Under the pieces are notes generated by a model. The model was not told where the DNA came from. It worked only from the letters and a program-made list of their open reading frames with translations, and searched no databases. The position numbers were made by a program, and so were the translations under genes. 64,000 bases of DNA from an uncultured Gammaproteobacteria bacterium (lineage in GTDB: Bacteria; Pseudomonadota; Gammaproteobacteria; CAWCPV01), in contig CAWCPV010000007.1 of the NCBI GenBank assembly GCA_963797555.1, positions 160,001-224,000 of the forward strand, read 5' to 3'. Shown here piece after piece: positions 33,698 to 43,955 of the stretch (the stretch's first letter is position 1; each line of letters opens with the position of its first letter).

Positions 33698-34489
33698 TCA
33701 GACCGGCCTGTGGCCGTGATACTCACAGAAGATGCAGCGCTTCTTGTTCTGGTGGTGAAGCTTGGCGCAAAAGACGCGCCGCGCGCCCCTCGCCCGGACG
33801 TAAACCTCGGCCGCAAGCAGCATTCCCAGCGGCGGCGCGGTGAAGTACAGCCACAGCGAGCCCCAGGCGTGGGCGGAGAAGGCCGAACCGAAGGTGCGGG
33901 CAGGGTTCATGCTCATGCCGGAGAGCGGCGCCTCGATGCTGATGTAGATCGCCACCAGGGCGCCCGCGAACAGGCCCGTGAGGTGCGCGATGCGCGCGGT
34001 GTTCGTCACGAGGAGCACCATGCTCATAAGCAGAAAGGAGATGAGCAGCTCCGCGGCGAAAGCCACCCATGGCCCCTGCGGACCAGGCATCGTCACCACA
34101 TAGTTCACCTGCATGTGGGCCACGAACCCGCGAGACAGGTAGACCATGAGGGCGACGCCCAGGGTGCCGCCGAGAAACTGGGCCAAAACGTAGAACAGAG
34201 CGTCCCAGCCCGCGACCTTGCCGAGCCGGAAGAAGGTCAGGGTCACCGCGGGATTGATGTGCGCCCCCGACTGCTTCCCCCAGGGGGAGTAGATGATGCC
34301 GATGGCGGTCAGGCCCATGGCGAGCCCGAAGATCACGCGCCGCACGACCGGATCGGGGATGAGTGGCGGGACCGGAGACCCAAGGTGCAGAAGAACGATT
34401 CCGACCAGGCAGGCCGAGACCATGAACAGGCCGAGACCCGCGCCCTCCATCAGGTACTCAGGCCAGTGCCGCTGCAGTGCATGCCACAT
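33698..34489 (-). CDS. MIP/aquaporin family channel
   Basis: SGAHINPAVT and SMNPART; C-terminal CAKLHH...CIFC tail. Confidence 0.9.
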   Translation of the reverse strand: MWHALQRHWPEYLMEGAGLGLFMVSACLVGIVLLHLGSPVPPLIPDPVVRRVIFGLAMGLTAIGIIYSPWGKQSGAHINPAVTLTFFRLGKVAGWDALFYVLAQFLGGTLGVALMVYLSRGFVAHMQVNYVVTMPGPQGPWVAFAAELLISFLLMSMVLLVTNTARIAHLTGLFAGALVAIYISIEAPLSGMSMNPARTFGSAFSAHAWGSLWLYFTAPPLGMLLAAEVYVRARGARRVFCAKLHHQNKKRCIFCEYHGHRPV

Positions 34490-34597
34490 GTTGAAACCTC
34501 CGCACGGAGAACCCCAGGAGGCGGCGCCATCATCCGGCTGCGGCTGCGAAGCAGGCCTGCGCTGCCATGGTGTCCGCCTGGCGGCGTCTCCGATCCC

Positions 34598-36215
34598 TCA
34601 GTCGGGGCGGATTCCTGGCGTGTTCATACGCATCCGGTACAGCCCCGTCTGCGCCGCGAGATAGAGCGTCTTGCCGTCGGCATCTCCCCAGGCGAGGTTG
34701 TGGGGATGCTCGGGCCCACGCAGCGTGCCGAGATGTTTGCCTTCGGGGGAGAGGATCCACAGGCCGCCGGGCCCCGACACATAGAGGTTGCCGAGCCGGT
34801 CCACCTTGATGCCGTCGATGGCGTCCTCACCGGGCTGGGCCGTCATGTCGAAGAACACCTCTCCCGCGCCCAACGTGCCGTCGGGTTTCACGGGATAGCG
34901 CATGACCACCTTGCGCTTCGGGTCCCAGTCCCCTACGTACAGGTAGCTCTCGTCGGGCGAGAACGCGATGCCGTTGGGGCCGGCCAGATCCCGGGCGACC
35001 ATATCGACCTTGCCGTTGCGCACGCGGAACACGCCGCTGAACGGGAGTTCCTTACGGCGATCGTCGAAGAATTTGGGCAGCCCGAAGGGCGGGTCGGTGA
35101 CGTAGAGGTCGCCATTGGAACGGTAGACGAGGTCGTTCGGGCTGTTCAGCCGCTTGCCCTGATAGCGGTCGGCGAGCACGGTGAGCACACCGTTCTTCTC
35201 CAGGCGAGTGACCCGTCGGTTGCCGTGCTCGTTGATGGTGAGCCGGTGCTCCCGGTCCAGGGTCAGGCCGTTGGAGCCCGGCTGGCCATACTCGACGATG
35301 TCGAAGCCGGTATAGCCGCTCTTCGGGCGGAAGATGAACAGCTCGCCCTGCGGTGTCCAGCGGTAAATGATGTTGTCGTTGGGGTCGCTGAACAGCAGGT
35401 AGCCGTCCGGGTGCCACACCGGCCCCTCGGTAAACTGGAAGCCTTCGGCCAGCTTCTCCAGCTTGGGATTCTCGGGAACGATCGCATCCAGCGCCTTATC
35501 GAGGCGGACCACCTCCACGGGAACGGACACTCCCACCCCAGCGTGTTCCGGTCCATAGAAGTCCAGGGTTGCGGAGCGCACCCAGATGAAGTTCCCGGGC
35601 GGATCGGACAGCGGACCATTGACGCCGGACACCGCGAGCTGGATGCGTTGGCCCGGCTTGAGGTCGCGACCGATGACCACGCAGTTCGGGGCGTTGTAGC
35701 CACGCACGAGCCCACCTCCGGTCTGCCCCAAGACCTGCGGCAGGCGGCCGTCCACCCAGACCTCGGCGTAGTCGTCGACCACGATCTCGAAGACCGCGGT
35801 AGAGCCGGTGGTGCCGAACCGCCCGATGCGCTCCGGGATGGTGATGGCGGTGCGGTACCAGTTGAAGCTGAGCCGCCCGGTTCCGCGGCGCCCATCGAGT
35901 GCGGCGGGATCCAGCACTTCCCAGCCCGAATCGTCGAAGCCGACCGCTCCGGCGCGGGGGACCACGTCGTGAGTCCTATTGGGCGGGGCCGCTCGGCTTC
36001 AGGTCCGGACCGGGGCTGTGGTGCGCGACGTCGACCACCTGCGCCTCGCTGTAACGCCACTGCCCCTTCACGAGAGCGACACCTGCCGCGCTGCGCAGGT
36101 CGACCGTCGCGTCCGGCCGGTGGTCGAGGGCACTCAAAGACCTCGGGGCCGCGCAGCAGGCGGCCGGCAGACCAAGCGCTGCGGCCGTGAGCAGCAGTGC
36201 GAGGGCGCGGCTCAC
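34598..36215 (-). CDS. Exported SMP-30/gluconolactonase family protein with an N-terminal beta-sandwich (frameshift near 35970)
   Basis: FTEGPVW, GSNGL, LNSPND, PNGIAFSPD, DGIKVD. Confidence 0.85.
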
Positions 36216-36525
36216 GACGCACCTCCCGCGGAGATCGGCTTCACCACGAAGTACAGCGATGTGGCACTTCTGCGCCGCCAACGGCCGGGCTATCTGCAAC
36301 GGCCGGAACATCGACGACAGGCGGCGGTGCCAATTGGCAACGTGTCCGGTCTAACCCCTGTGCGGGCGGGTGGCATTGCGGCCGGGCAAGGCAAGCCGGT
36401 GAGGGGTGCGACCTAGACGAAAAGCATCCCTCCCGAGTCTCCCTGACGTGAACCGATCGGTGCGGACCCGCATGCCATGGTGCTGTGGGGCTGGGGTGAA
36501 ACACCCCCGGCTACCGATTGGGCAC

Positions 36526-36885
36526 TCAAAACGTAATACATTTATCCCTTTCCAAAATAGCGGACATATAGTCCGACGTTCCCTTAATAACTGCCCCTTC
36601 GACTAAATCGGCAGATACAATCTGTCTTCCTGTAGCACACGCACTACATACCCAAATCTGGACTCCGGCGCTCTGAATCACAGCCAACAAATCCTTGAGT
36701 GGCGGCAGATTCACTGCAATCACATGGTTGGCGACCCCAATCTTGGCAAGGATCACGGCCTCATTCCAAAGCCATAGAACCACATCATGTCCTTGTTCCT
36801 TGGCTGCCTTGGCAACCATGAAGGGAAGCGTCGCCATTGTTGGATCATCCGTTCCCCGAGTTCCGGAAATAATGAATGTCGTCAT
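36526..36885 (-). CDS. DsrE family protein
   Basis: DDPTMATLPF, EAV, VCSAC; lower GC than neighbouring genes. Confidence 0.75.
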   Translation of the reverse strand: MTTFIISGTRGTDDPTMATLPFMVAKAAKEQGHDVVLWLWNEAVILAKIGVANHVIAVNLPPLKDLLAVIQSAGVQIWVCSACATGRQIVSADLVEGAVIKGTSDYMSAILERDKCITF

Positions 36886-37082
36886 AACGTTGTTACCTCC
36901 CTTCGTCTTAGCCATCGTCTTCCCAACCGGATCGGGTCCGAGGTTCTGACCGCTCGCCTCTGGTGTCGCCGTCTGCTCCTTTGGAAGCTGGACCAACCGA
37001 CCTCGCGGCACCGTCCAGCGGCGCGTTCGCCCCGCTCCCGACCTGTCCCTGCGGGGTTTACTCCCATTGTCACGGGAAGTCA

Positions 37083-37392
37083 ATGTCACCACCGGCTACA
37101 AGCCGGTGGCTTGAGTTGGGCACTGTAAGTGCCGGTTCCGGCTGAAGCCCGCTGCAAACCACCCGCCCCAAGGCGGTTCATTGCGACTCCAAGTCGCCCC
37201 CCTCAACGACCTGAAACCGATCTTCGGTCCTCTGCCCAACATCGCCGCGCAACACCCCCTTGTGGTACTTGGTACACTACACCAAGTGCACGTGCAGCCG
37301 AAAAACCGAGTGCGTCCCTCGCCTATAAGCGCTCATCCCCCTAAGCTACAAGGGCAGGCCCAAAGCTTCCAGCTCAAGCTGGGGGTTTGAAC
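37083..37392 (-). mobile_element. Internally deleted IS200/IS605 remnant
   Basis: TnpA start MSAYRRGTHSVFRLHVHLV*CTKY; terminal hairpins CCACCGGCTACAAGCCGGTGG and CCAGCTCAAGCTGG. Confidence 0.7.
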
Positions 37393-37492
37393 CCTCCCAT
37401 GGGGTGACAATCAATAGGAAATTTTCCCGTTTTTCGGTTCGCTGCGGAAGGTAAGATCTGACTCCGGCACCGCATAACCACGATGGGCACCC

Positions 37493-38410
37493 ATGAGCAA
37501 GAAGAAGTCGCACCAGCATCTCTTCAATGAGGAATGGGTAAAACAAGCCAGCGCCGATCGGAACCCAGCTTCATGGGCCACCCGGGCACTCGATGACTCC
37601 ACCGGGGGGCAGGTCTACCTAGCCACCTTGGAGCAATGGTTTGATGCGTACCCGTTGAAGACGGACGATAAGAGTCAGATGGCCGGTCGGCTTCGGAACC
37701 TAAAAGAAAATGAGGCTCACCTCGGTGCCGTGAATGAACTAGTGTGGTGGCAATTGATGAAACGGATGGACTGGAAAGCTGAACCCGTGCCCTGTAAGAA
37801 AGGAGTTTACACGCCAGACTTTCTGGTTCGGCATCCTCACAGATTGCATGTGGAGGTCACCACTGAGAACGTGTCGGCTAAAGATCGCGCCGACGTACGG
37901 CCCTTAGATCACAAAGAAACGGCGCGGAGGTTGCTCAATATCGTTTGTGGCAAGAAAGGCCAGCTTTGCGCCGCAGCAGCCGAAGGCCAGCCGATCGCCC
38001 TCGCCGTCTTCGACTATACGGCATGGAGTGGCTTTGGGGCGGAGGTGGCGCGGGGTATTGCAGAGTATGTGGTATGTCCAGACAGGCTCAACGCCACGAT
38101 CCCGGCCGAAGCATCGGCCATCGTGTTCGTACTCTCGCAGTTCGACGGTGAGCGGTTCAGGGTCAGCGTAGATCAGTCGGCCGTGTACCATAACCCCGTA
38201 GCCACGCATCCCCTGCCCGAATCAGTCTTCTCCTGGTTCCCCAATACCGGTTTACAGCCGAGCGTCTCTCCCCGACCGCCCCCGCATGGATATGCTTATA
38301 GTGGCTACGAGGGGGGGAACGTGGTCGAGCTCGGCCTGGGATCGAGCGTGGAATGTTGGCCTGCCGGGAAACCTGTCCGCAGCACGCACCGAAAGTCGTC
38401 CCAACCGTAG
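37493..38410 (+). CDS. Hypothetical protein, possible PD-(D/E)xK-like fold
   Basis: 305-aa ORF with TPDFLV...LHVEVT. Confidence 0.55.
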   Translation: MSKKKSHQHLFNEEWVKQASADRNPASWATRALDDSTGGQVYLATLEQWFDAYPLKTDDKSQMAGRLRNLKENEAHLGAVNELVWWQLMKRMDWKAEPVPCKKGVYTPDFLVRHPHRLHVEVTTENVSAKDRADVRPLDHKETARRLLNIVCGKKGQLCAAAAEGQPIALAVFDYTAWSGFGAEVARGIAEYVVCPDRLNATIPAEASAIVFVLSQFDGERFRVSVDQSAVYHNPVATHPLPESVFSWFPNTGLQPSVSPRPPPHGYAYSGYEGGNVVELGLGSSVECWPAGKPVRSTHRKSSQP

Positions 38411-38463
38411 CTGTCCGCCGGGCGCAGCCAGGGGCGGGAACGTGCTTTGCTGGCTTCTTCCGT

Positions 38464-38824
38464 TCACCCAGGTCGGGGCTGATCTGTCGCGCCGGCTGAC
38501 ACCTTCAACACGAGGTTGTTGACGTGTTCTCGGATCGGCTCAATGCCCTGGGCATCGTAGTCTTCTCGCGTTGGGCGAATGACGTACTTGATTCGAGAGG
38601 CTTCGTCTGTGGGCGGATTCGGGCGATCCCACGGCCGCTTCGGCAGGTTGTCTCCCCTGACGCGATGTGTCTTCCATGCCCATTCTCCCTGGACCTCCCC
38701 GTCTTTCCAGTGGTGGGCGAGGCGCGTAATAGGGTCCCATATCCATTGCACCTCCCAGTCAGCCTGAACCGGTCGACAGTCAACTTCTGCGCCATGATGA
38801 GGTAAAAGGACGGCCATAGCGTAC
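38464..38824 (-). pseudogene. Displaced 3' end of the GHKL/DUF3883 gene (19696-21757)
   Basis: Joins in frame across the shared target duplication GTACGCTA: ...ALQSGDRY-AMAVLLPHHG... Confidence 0.8.
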
Positions 38825-38941
38825 GTAACCGTTCACCCCCCTGGAATATTTTGACCCGGAGGGCTGGACAAAACGGTTCCAGCGTGAGACAGTTGGGTGC
38901 CCTTGGCAGGATGTTCCTCGACCTCACTGTCACACACAATC

Positions 38942-40510
38942 ATGGTGCTCAAGGAGCACGACCTTCGTCAGCTCAGCGAGGAGCGCATTCTGGAGCTGAG
39001 GCAGAAGGATCCCGATGCGCTGGCAGCGCTGAGCATCCGCCTGCTGCAGGATCTCAAGGAAGCGTGGGAGCGGCTCAATCAGAGTCCCTCCAATAGCTCT
39101 CGTCCGCCGAGCAGTCAAGACCCCTGGCTGCGTGCGCGGGAGGACGAAGAGGCCGACGCCGGTCCTGAGGACGAGGAGGCCAAGAGCCGTTCTGAGGAGG
39201 ATGGCCTCCCCGGGGCTGGCGGCCAGAAGGGCGCAAAGGACACGAGTGGCAAGACCTCAGGGACGCAGCGCCGAGCGGGCCGGCAGCCTGGCTCCCAGGG
39301 ATTCGGGCGCGCCCAGAAGCTGACAGTCACCGATTGGGACCATCATCGGCCGGGAAGTTGTGCGCTGTGTGGTGGGGCGCTCAATCCTGAGCAGGCGAAG
39401 CCCTACACCGCCTTTGATAGGCTGGACTTGGTCTTTGGCGATGAGCAGGCGCCGGGGCTGCGCCTGACCTGCACGCGGCAGGTATACTACCAGAGCCGTT
39501 GCGACTGTGGTCATGAGACCCGGCAGGCGCCGCACCGCGCGCCCGAGCACTTGGGATGCTGGCGAGGGGTGGAGCTTGGCGAGTGGCGCCTGGTGGGGCC
39601 GGGATTGTGCGCCTTCATCGTCTGGCTGCGGTTTCGGATGCGCCTGTCCATCCGCCTGGTCCGGGAGTTCCTGCACGAGGTGTTTGGGCTGGCGCTCGGC
39701 ATCGGCACCCTCCACCAATGCGTGATGGAGACCGCCCGTGCCTGCGAGCCGGTCGAGGATGAGCTGGTGACCCAGTTGCTGGAAGCGGCCCTCATGCATG
39801 CCGATGAGACACCGCACAAGCAATGGGGAGAGCCCTTGTGGTTATGGGTGTTCATCTCGGCCTCGACGGCGCTGTTCTTGGTCGGCTCTCGCGCCAAAGA
39901 GATGTTTCAGAACCTCATCGAGGATCTCTTCTGCGGCTATCTGATGAGCGATGGGTACCAGGTCTATCGGGACTATGCCAAGCGCCTGCGTTGCTGGGCG
40001 CATCTCATTCGCAAGGCCCGGGGCCTGAGGGATTGCCTCTCGCCCACCCTCCAGGGCTACGGCCAGGCGGTCTATGACCTGCTCGATGCGCTGATGCAGG
40101 CCGTCTATCACGCCCGCGAGGGACCGGGCGGCTCCCTGCGGCAAGCCCACCCGGGCGAGCTCAACGAGCTCACGGCCCTGTGTGAACGCATGAGCTGCTG
40201 CCCTTATGACAAGGCCCAGGCGCTGGGCAAGGAGCTGCTCAACGACTGGGGGGCGATCTTCCGGGTGTTGGATGAGCCTCAGCTGCCGCTGACCAACAAC
40301 GTGGCGGAGCGGGCGCTGCGTCACTGGGTGATTCTGCGTCGCATCAGCCAGGGGACCCGCAGCGAACAAGGCAGCCGGGCGCTGGCGCTGCTCGCCAGTG
40401 TGATCGAGACTTCTCGGCTGCGATTGAGCTCCCCGCTGTGCTATCTCAGAGATGTCCTCGCCCACCGACGCCGCGGCTTTGAGGCACCGCCGCTTCCTGC
40501 GCCCGCTTGA
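38942..40510 (+). CDS. IS66-family transposase, intact
   Basis: Uninterrupted ORF with HADET, SDGY, CWAH, TNNVAER. Confidence 0.92.
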   Translation: MVLKEHDLRQLSEERILELRQKDPDALAALSIRLLQDLKEAWERLNQSPSNSSRPPSSQDPWLRAREDEEADAGPEDEEAKSRSEEDGLPGAGGQKGAKDTSGKTSGTQRRAGRQPGSQGFGRAQKLTVTDWDHHRPGSCALCGGALNPEQAKPYTAFDRLDLVFGDEQAPGLRLTCTRQVYYQSRCDCGHETRQAPHRAPEHLGCWRGVELGEWRLVGPGLCAFIVWLRFRMRLSIRLVREFLHEVFGLALGIGTLHQCVMETARACEPVEDELVTQLLEAALMHADETPHKQWGEPLWLWVFISASTALFLVGSRAKEMFQNLIEDLFCGYLMSDGYQVYRDYAKRLRCWAHLIRKARGLRDCLSPTLQGYGQAVYDLLDALMQAVYHAREGPGGSLRQAHPGELNELTALCERMSCCPYDKAQALGKELLNDWGAIFRVLDEPQLPLTNNVAERALRHWVILRRISQGTRSEQGSRALALLASVIETSRLRLSSPLCYLRDVLAHRRRGFEAPPLPAPA

Positions 40511-40512
40511 GT

Positions 40513-41422
40513 TCAGCGCTCACCGCGCAGGCGCTCTCTGGCCTGCGGGTGCAGAGCGTAGAGGAAGACCCGCTTTATCGCTCTGCCATGGCGTTGGTGC
40601 GCACGGTCCATGCGCCCGCGTCCGCTGGTCTCGCCCACCTCGCACCAGTTGGCCGCCCGGTAGCAGGTCCCGGCAAAGCGGGCCGGGTCCACCAGGGTCT
40701 CCAGCAGCCAGGGACGCAGCCCATAGTGGCGCTCCCAATCCCCTACGATGCGCCGGCTGCCCAAGGCCAGCACGTGGCTCGCCAGATGAGGCACTTTCAC
40801 CCAGGGCAGAATCAGGAAGCGCCCCTGATTGACGATGCGTGCGAGGTGCGCTTTGCGCGCTCTCTCGTCCCAGCCGAATCCACGCATCGCGGGCCTGCAT
40901 GCGCCAGGCCGGGCTGGTGTAGGTGAGCCCGCCCAACACCTCCCCCTCCCGGCGCTGGGAGCAGATGAGATAGACCAACTGGGCCCCAAAGGGTGTGGCA
41001 TAGCCCAAGTAGTGATAGCGCGCGAGAAGCTCGCGCCACAATGCCCGTCCCTCGGCCTGGCGCACTAACTGAAGCTCCACCGGGGCCACCTCCTGCAGCG
41101 CACCGGCAATCTCGCCGCGGCGTTCGCCCCGATCGGTCTGCGCAGTGCAGGTGCGCCGCCCCTTGGGCCTGCCCGTGCGCTTGGCGGGAAGCCTCAGATC
41201 CCCCCGAGCTTCCAACCGCTCCAGTAGATCCCGACCCTCGCGGGACTTCAGGGCTCCGTTGTCCCGTCTCCACCCCAGCAGCTCACAGATGGTCTGCGCC
41301 AGCTCAAAACGACTCAGGCCCACGCACATCGACACCATTCGGACGATGGCGGAGATCTCCTCTTCGGTAAAGCTCCGGCCGCTCGCCGTGATCGCCTGCG
41401 GAATAGAGGGCTCTTGATCCAT
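40513..41422 (-). CDS. DUF4338 (DruA-like) protein; one frameshift near 40880
   Basis: YHYLGY, IVNQGRFLILPWV.VPHLASHVL, LLETLVD, GTCYRAANW. Confidence 0.82.
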
Positions 41423-41699
41423 GAGCCGGGAGTGTACGACAAGCCGAGCGGCTCTGCTGCGCTGGACGCGCTCTTAACGCATCGATCAACTGGTGGGAGG
41501 GTCTGAACGGTTACTCGATGAGTCGTTCTACGATTGGCAGCCTCGTAATGGCGAGTTTACCGGACCGAGTGCCGCCGCGCACGAAACCGAATTCAACAAA
41601 GAAAATCAAGGCGACACCCGAGTCGGTGTTTAGCGTCGCGTAGGGCTGACTGAGCGGAGAAAACCATACTAGTAACCCACAATGCCAATACTAACTCCC

Positions 41700-42085
41700 T
41701 GAGGTAAGCCCCCGGCTTTGCCGGGGGACTCACCGAGGTTTGACCTATACGACGGTCGTCGTGAATCTCCAATCTCCGCCAAGAGAAGGGGATCCACGAT
41801 GAAAGAGTACCAGAGTCTGAGCCACACGAAGTGGGACTGTAAGTGCAGGAAAAAGCGGATCTTCGGGGCGCTGCGCCGCCACCTGGGACGGATCTTCCAC
41901 GAGTTGGCGGGCCATAAGGAATCGAAGGTAGTTGAAGGGCTTACATCCGGAACCAAGAGCAAGAGGAGGAGCGCTACGATCAACTGACGCTGCGGACATA
42001 GGTCCAGCCGCCTTGGGCGGCTCCCGGTATTATGGCGCCTTTGAGGCGCTCACCCAATAAGCCCCCGGCTTTGCCGGGGGTGAGT
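41700..42085 (+). mobile_element. Internally deleted IS200/IS605 remnant
   Basis: AAGCCCCCGGCTTTGCCGGGGG hairpin at 41706 and 42059; TnpA fragment MKEYQSLSHTKWDCK..RKKRIFG...ESKVVEG from 41799. Confidence 0.8.
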
Positions 42086-42438
42086 TAACTTCACCGCTCC
42101 AGCCAACAAGCACTTCGAAATCACGACCTTCTATCATAACGTGGCATCTGCCTTCCGGTATTGCTGTATGTGGGACTTCTGCCCTTATGCCTCCCTGGTT
42201 ATTTCCACGGGTCAGTCTGGCGATACCGTATAGTTGAAGTACGTTACCGCCTGAAATATGACAGCATTATTCCTGTAATGAGGCGGATCAACAAAACGTA
42301 TAACCGTAGTGTTTGCTACCGTTTTACGTAATGACGAAGTTCTTGTCCTGACATCAGATCCCATAGAGTTCTCCTTGCCTATAAAAACAGTGATGTTCGC
42401 TAGGATGAGAAGATGTGTGATTCAACACAACAGTATGA

Positions 42439-42726
42439 CTATTTCTTCGTCATTCCTAAACTCTCGGCAGCTTCGAGCGCAATTTTGTTAATGTCATCTG
42501 TTGCCCATCCATTCTTGCGGATCAACTCAGCCATCGTAGTTCCTAGGCGTGACCAACTTGGCACGTTCTTGTACCCTTGGGCTACAAATTCGATAACGAT
42601 TGGTTCAAGTGTATTGTGTTCTTGACTCGTGCCTTCTACACGCAAGAATTCCACGCCTGTCATAGCATGAGCTACGCTAGTAAAGAGCAGGAACACAACC
42701 CAGAGAGACTGTGTAGCTTTTTGCAT
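42439..42726 (-). CDS. Small exported hypothetical protein
   Basis: Signal peptide ending AHA; low-GC patch. Confidence 0.55.
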   Translation of the reverse strand: MQKATQSLWVVFLLFTSVAHAMTGVEFLRVEGTSQEHNTLEPIVIEFVAQGYKNVPSWSRLGTTMAELIRKNGWATDDINKIALEAAESLGMTKK

Positions 42727-42859
42727 TTTGCACTCCTCTTCGAGTTTGGCGCGTCCGGCCACCAGAGGGAGCGTAGCTCCGGGCAGGTGAACGCGTCAAG
42801 GCTCTTGAGGAGAATCAGGGACTCGGGCAGCGCGCCACGCAGCAACGTCGGGCGTGATT

Positions 42860-43145
42860 GGACAGAAGGAAGCCAAGGCCGTAGTAGGGGACCGCACCTG
42901 ACACCGTGTGCCATCGAAGGGCCGAATACGGTGAGACCAGGACGAGCCACGAGTCACTCGGTCTCGATGTGGAGTCCGGCAGGAGGAGTCGCGGATCGGC
43001 GTGCCCCATGCGGCCTGCCTTGCGCGATGACCTCGTGGCGCAGATGGTGACACCAGAGAACCTGCATGGAACATGGAACCAGGCGAAGGCCAACGGGGTG
43101 CCCCCCGAGTCGACGGCATGGCCATCGAGGGTTTCCCGGCCTTCC
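42860..43145 (+). mobile_element. Group II intron remnant (RNA domain II/III-like sequence plus start of the RT ORF)
   Basis: GGCCGTAGTAG...CGAAGGGCCGAA followed by DDLVAQMVTPENLHGTWNQAKAN.(G)VDGMAIEGFPAF, resembling the RT0 region of LtrA-like proteins. Confidence 0.65.
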
Positions 43146-43370
43146 CGCAGCGCGCAAGGATGCGACGAACGAAAGGAAACCGCATCGCTCGGGTTGCGCC
43201 CGTGCCGCAATACTTGGGACGCTCTCGCCACCCCACCTCGGATCGACTCCTGGCCTTGTCGCCCGTCTTGGGCGCTGGCGACGCTTGTCCGGAGCAAGCG
43301 CGATGCGATGCACGGCAGGGCTCATCGATCTTACGGCTAGGTGCGCAGGAGGCGGTGCAGGTCGGGCCTG

Positions 43371-43928
43371 CTATTGGCCCCCCCGATCGCCAACTTCCCG
43401 CATCGAAGCGATGTGGGCTTTGAGCTCTCTCGCATACGGGTGCTTGGGGGACCTCGCGCAGCACCCGGTCGAGTAGCGGCTCGGCCTCCTCGAATCTGCC
43501 GACCGAGCACAGGATGACTGCGTATCAAGCTGTAATGTCGACGTTGTGAGGATGCGCCTGCCACAGTGCCTCGCGGATCTCCAGCGCGCGGCGGTACGCT
43601 TGCTCTGCATCGGCCACCTGGCCAGCATCCCTTAGTAGGTTCCCCAGGTTGATCAGGCCCAGGGCCAGGCAGGGGCCGGTAATCATATTCTCGCGGTTCG
43701 CTTCCCACAGTGTCTGGGAAATCTCCACCGCGCGCCGCAGAGCCGCATCCGCCTCGGCCACCTGGCCGGCATCCCTCAGCAGGTTCCCCAGGTTGTTCAG
43801 GGACCCGGCGAGGTCGTTGCCGATGCTCACATTCTGCGGGCTGGCCTGCCACAGCGTCTGGGAGATTTCCACCGCGCGCCGGTACGCTTGCTCTGCATCC
43901 GCCACCTGGCTAGCATCCCTCAGCAGAC
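43371..43928 (-). pseudogene. Orphan TPR-repeat C-terminal fragment paralogous to 47594-48960
   Basis: Repeats AEQAYRRAVEISQTLWQASPQN...LNNLGNLL; C-terminus HPYARELKAHIASMREVGDRGGQ. Confidence 0.75.
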
Positions 43929-43955
43929 CCGGGGACAGACCCCCTATTGTCTTCC

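Larger units (their letters stand above)
38825..41514 (+). mobile_element. IS66-family element copy 2 (2690 bp) with DUF4338 passenger
   Basis: Termini GTAACCGTTCA / TGAACGGTTAC; inverted copy of 21758-24258. Confidence 0.92.

Noticed and set aside
33488-36190. 900-aa plus-strand ORF
   Set aside because: Antisense shadow of the aquaporin and lactonase genes
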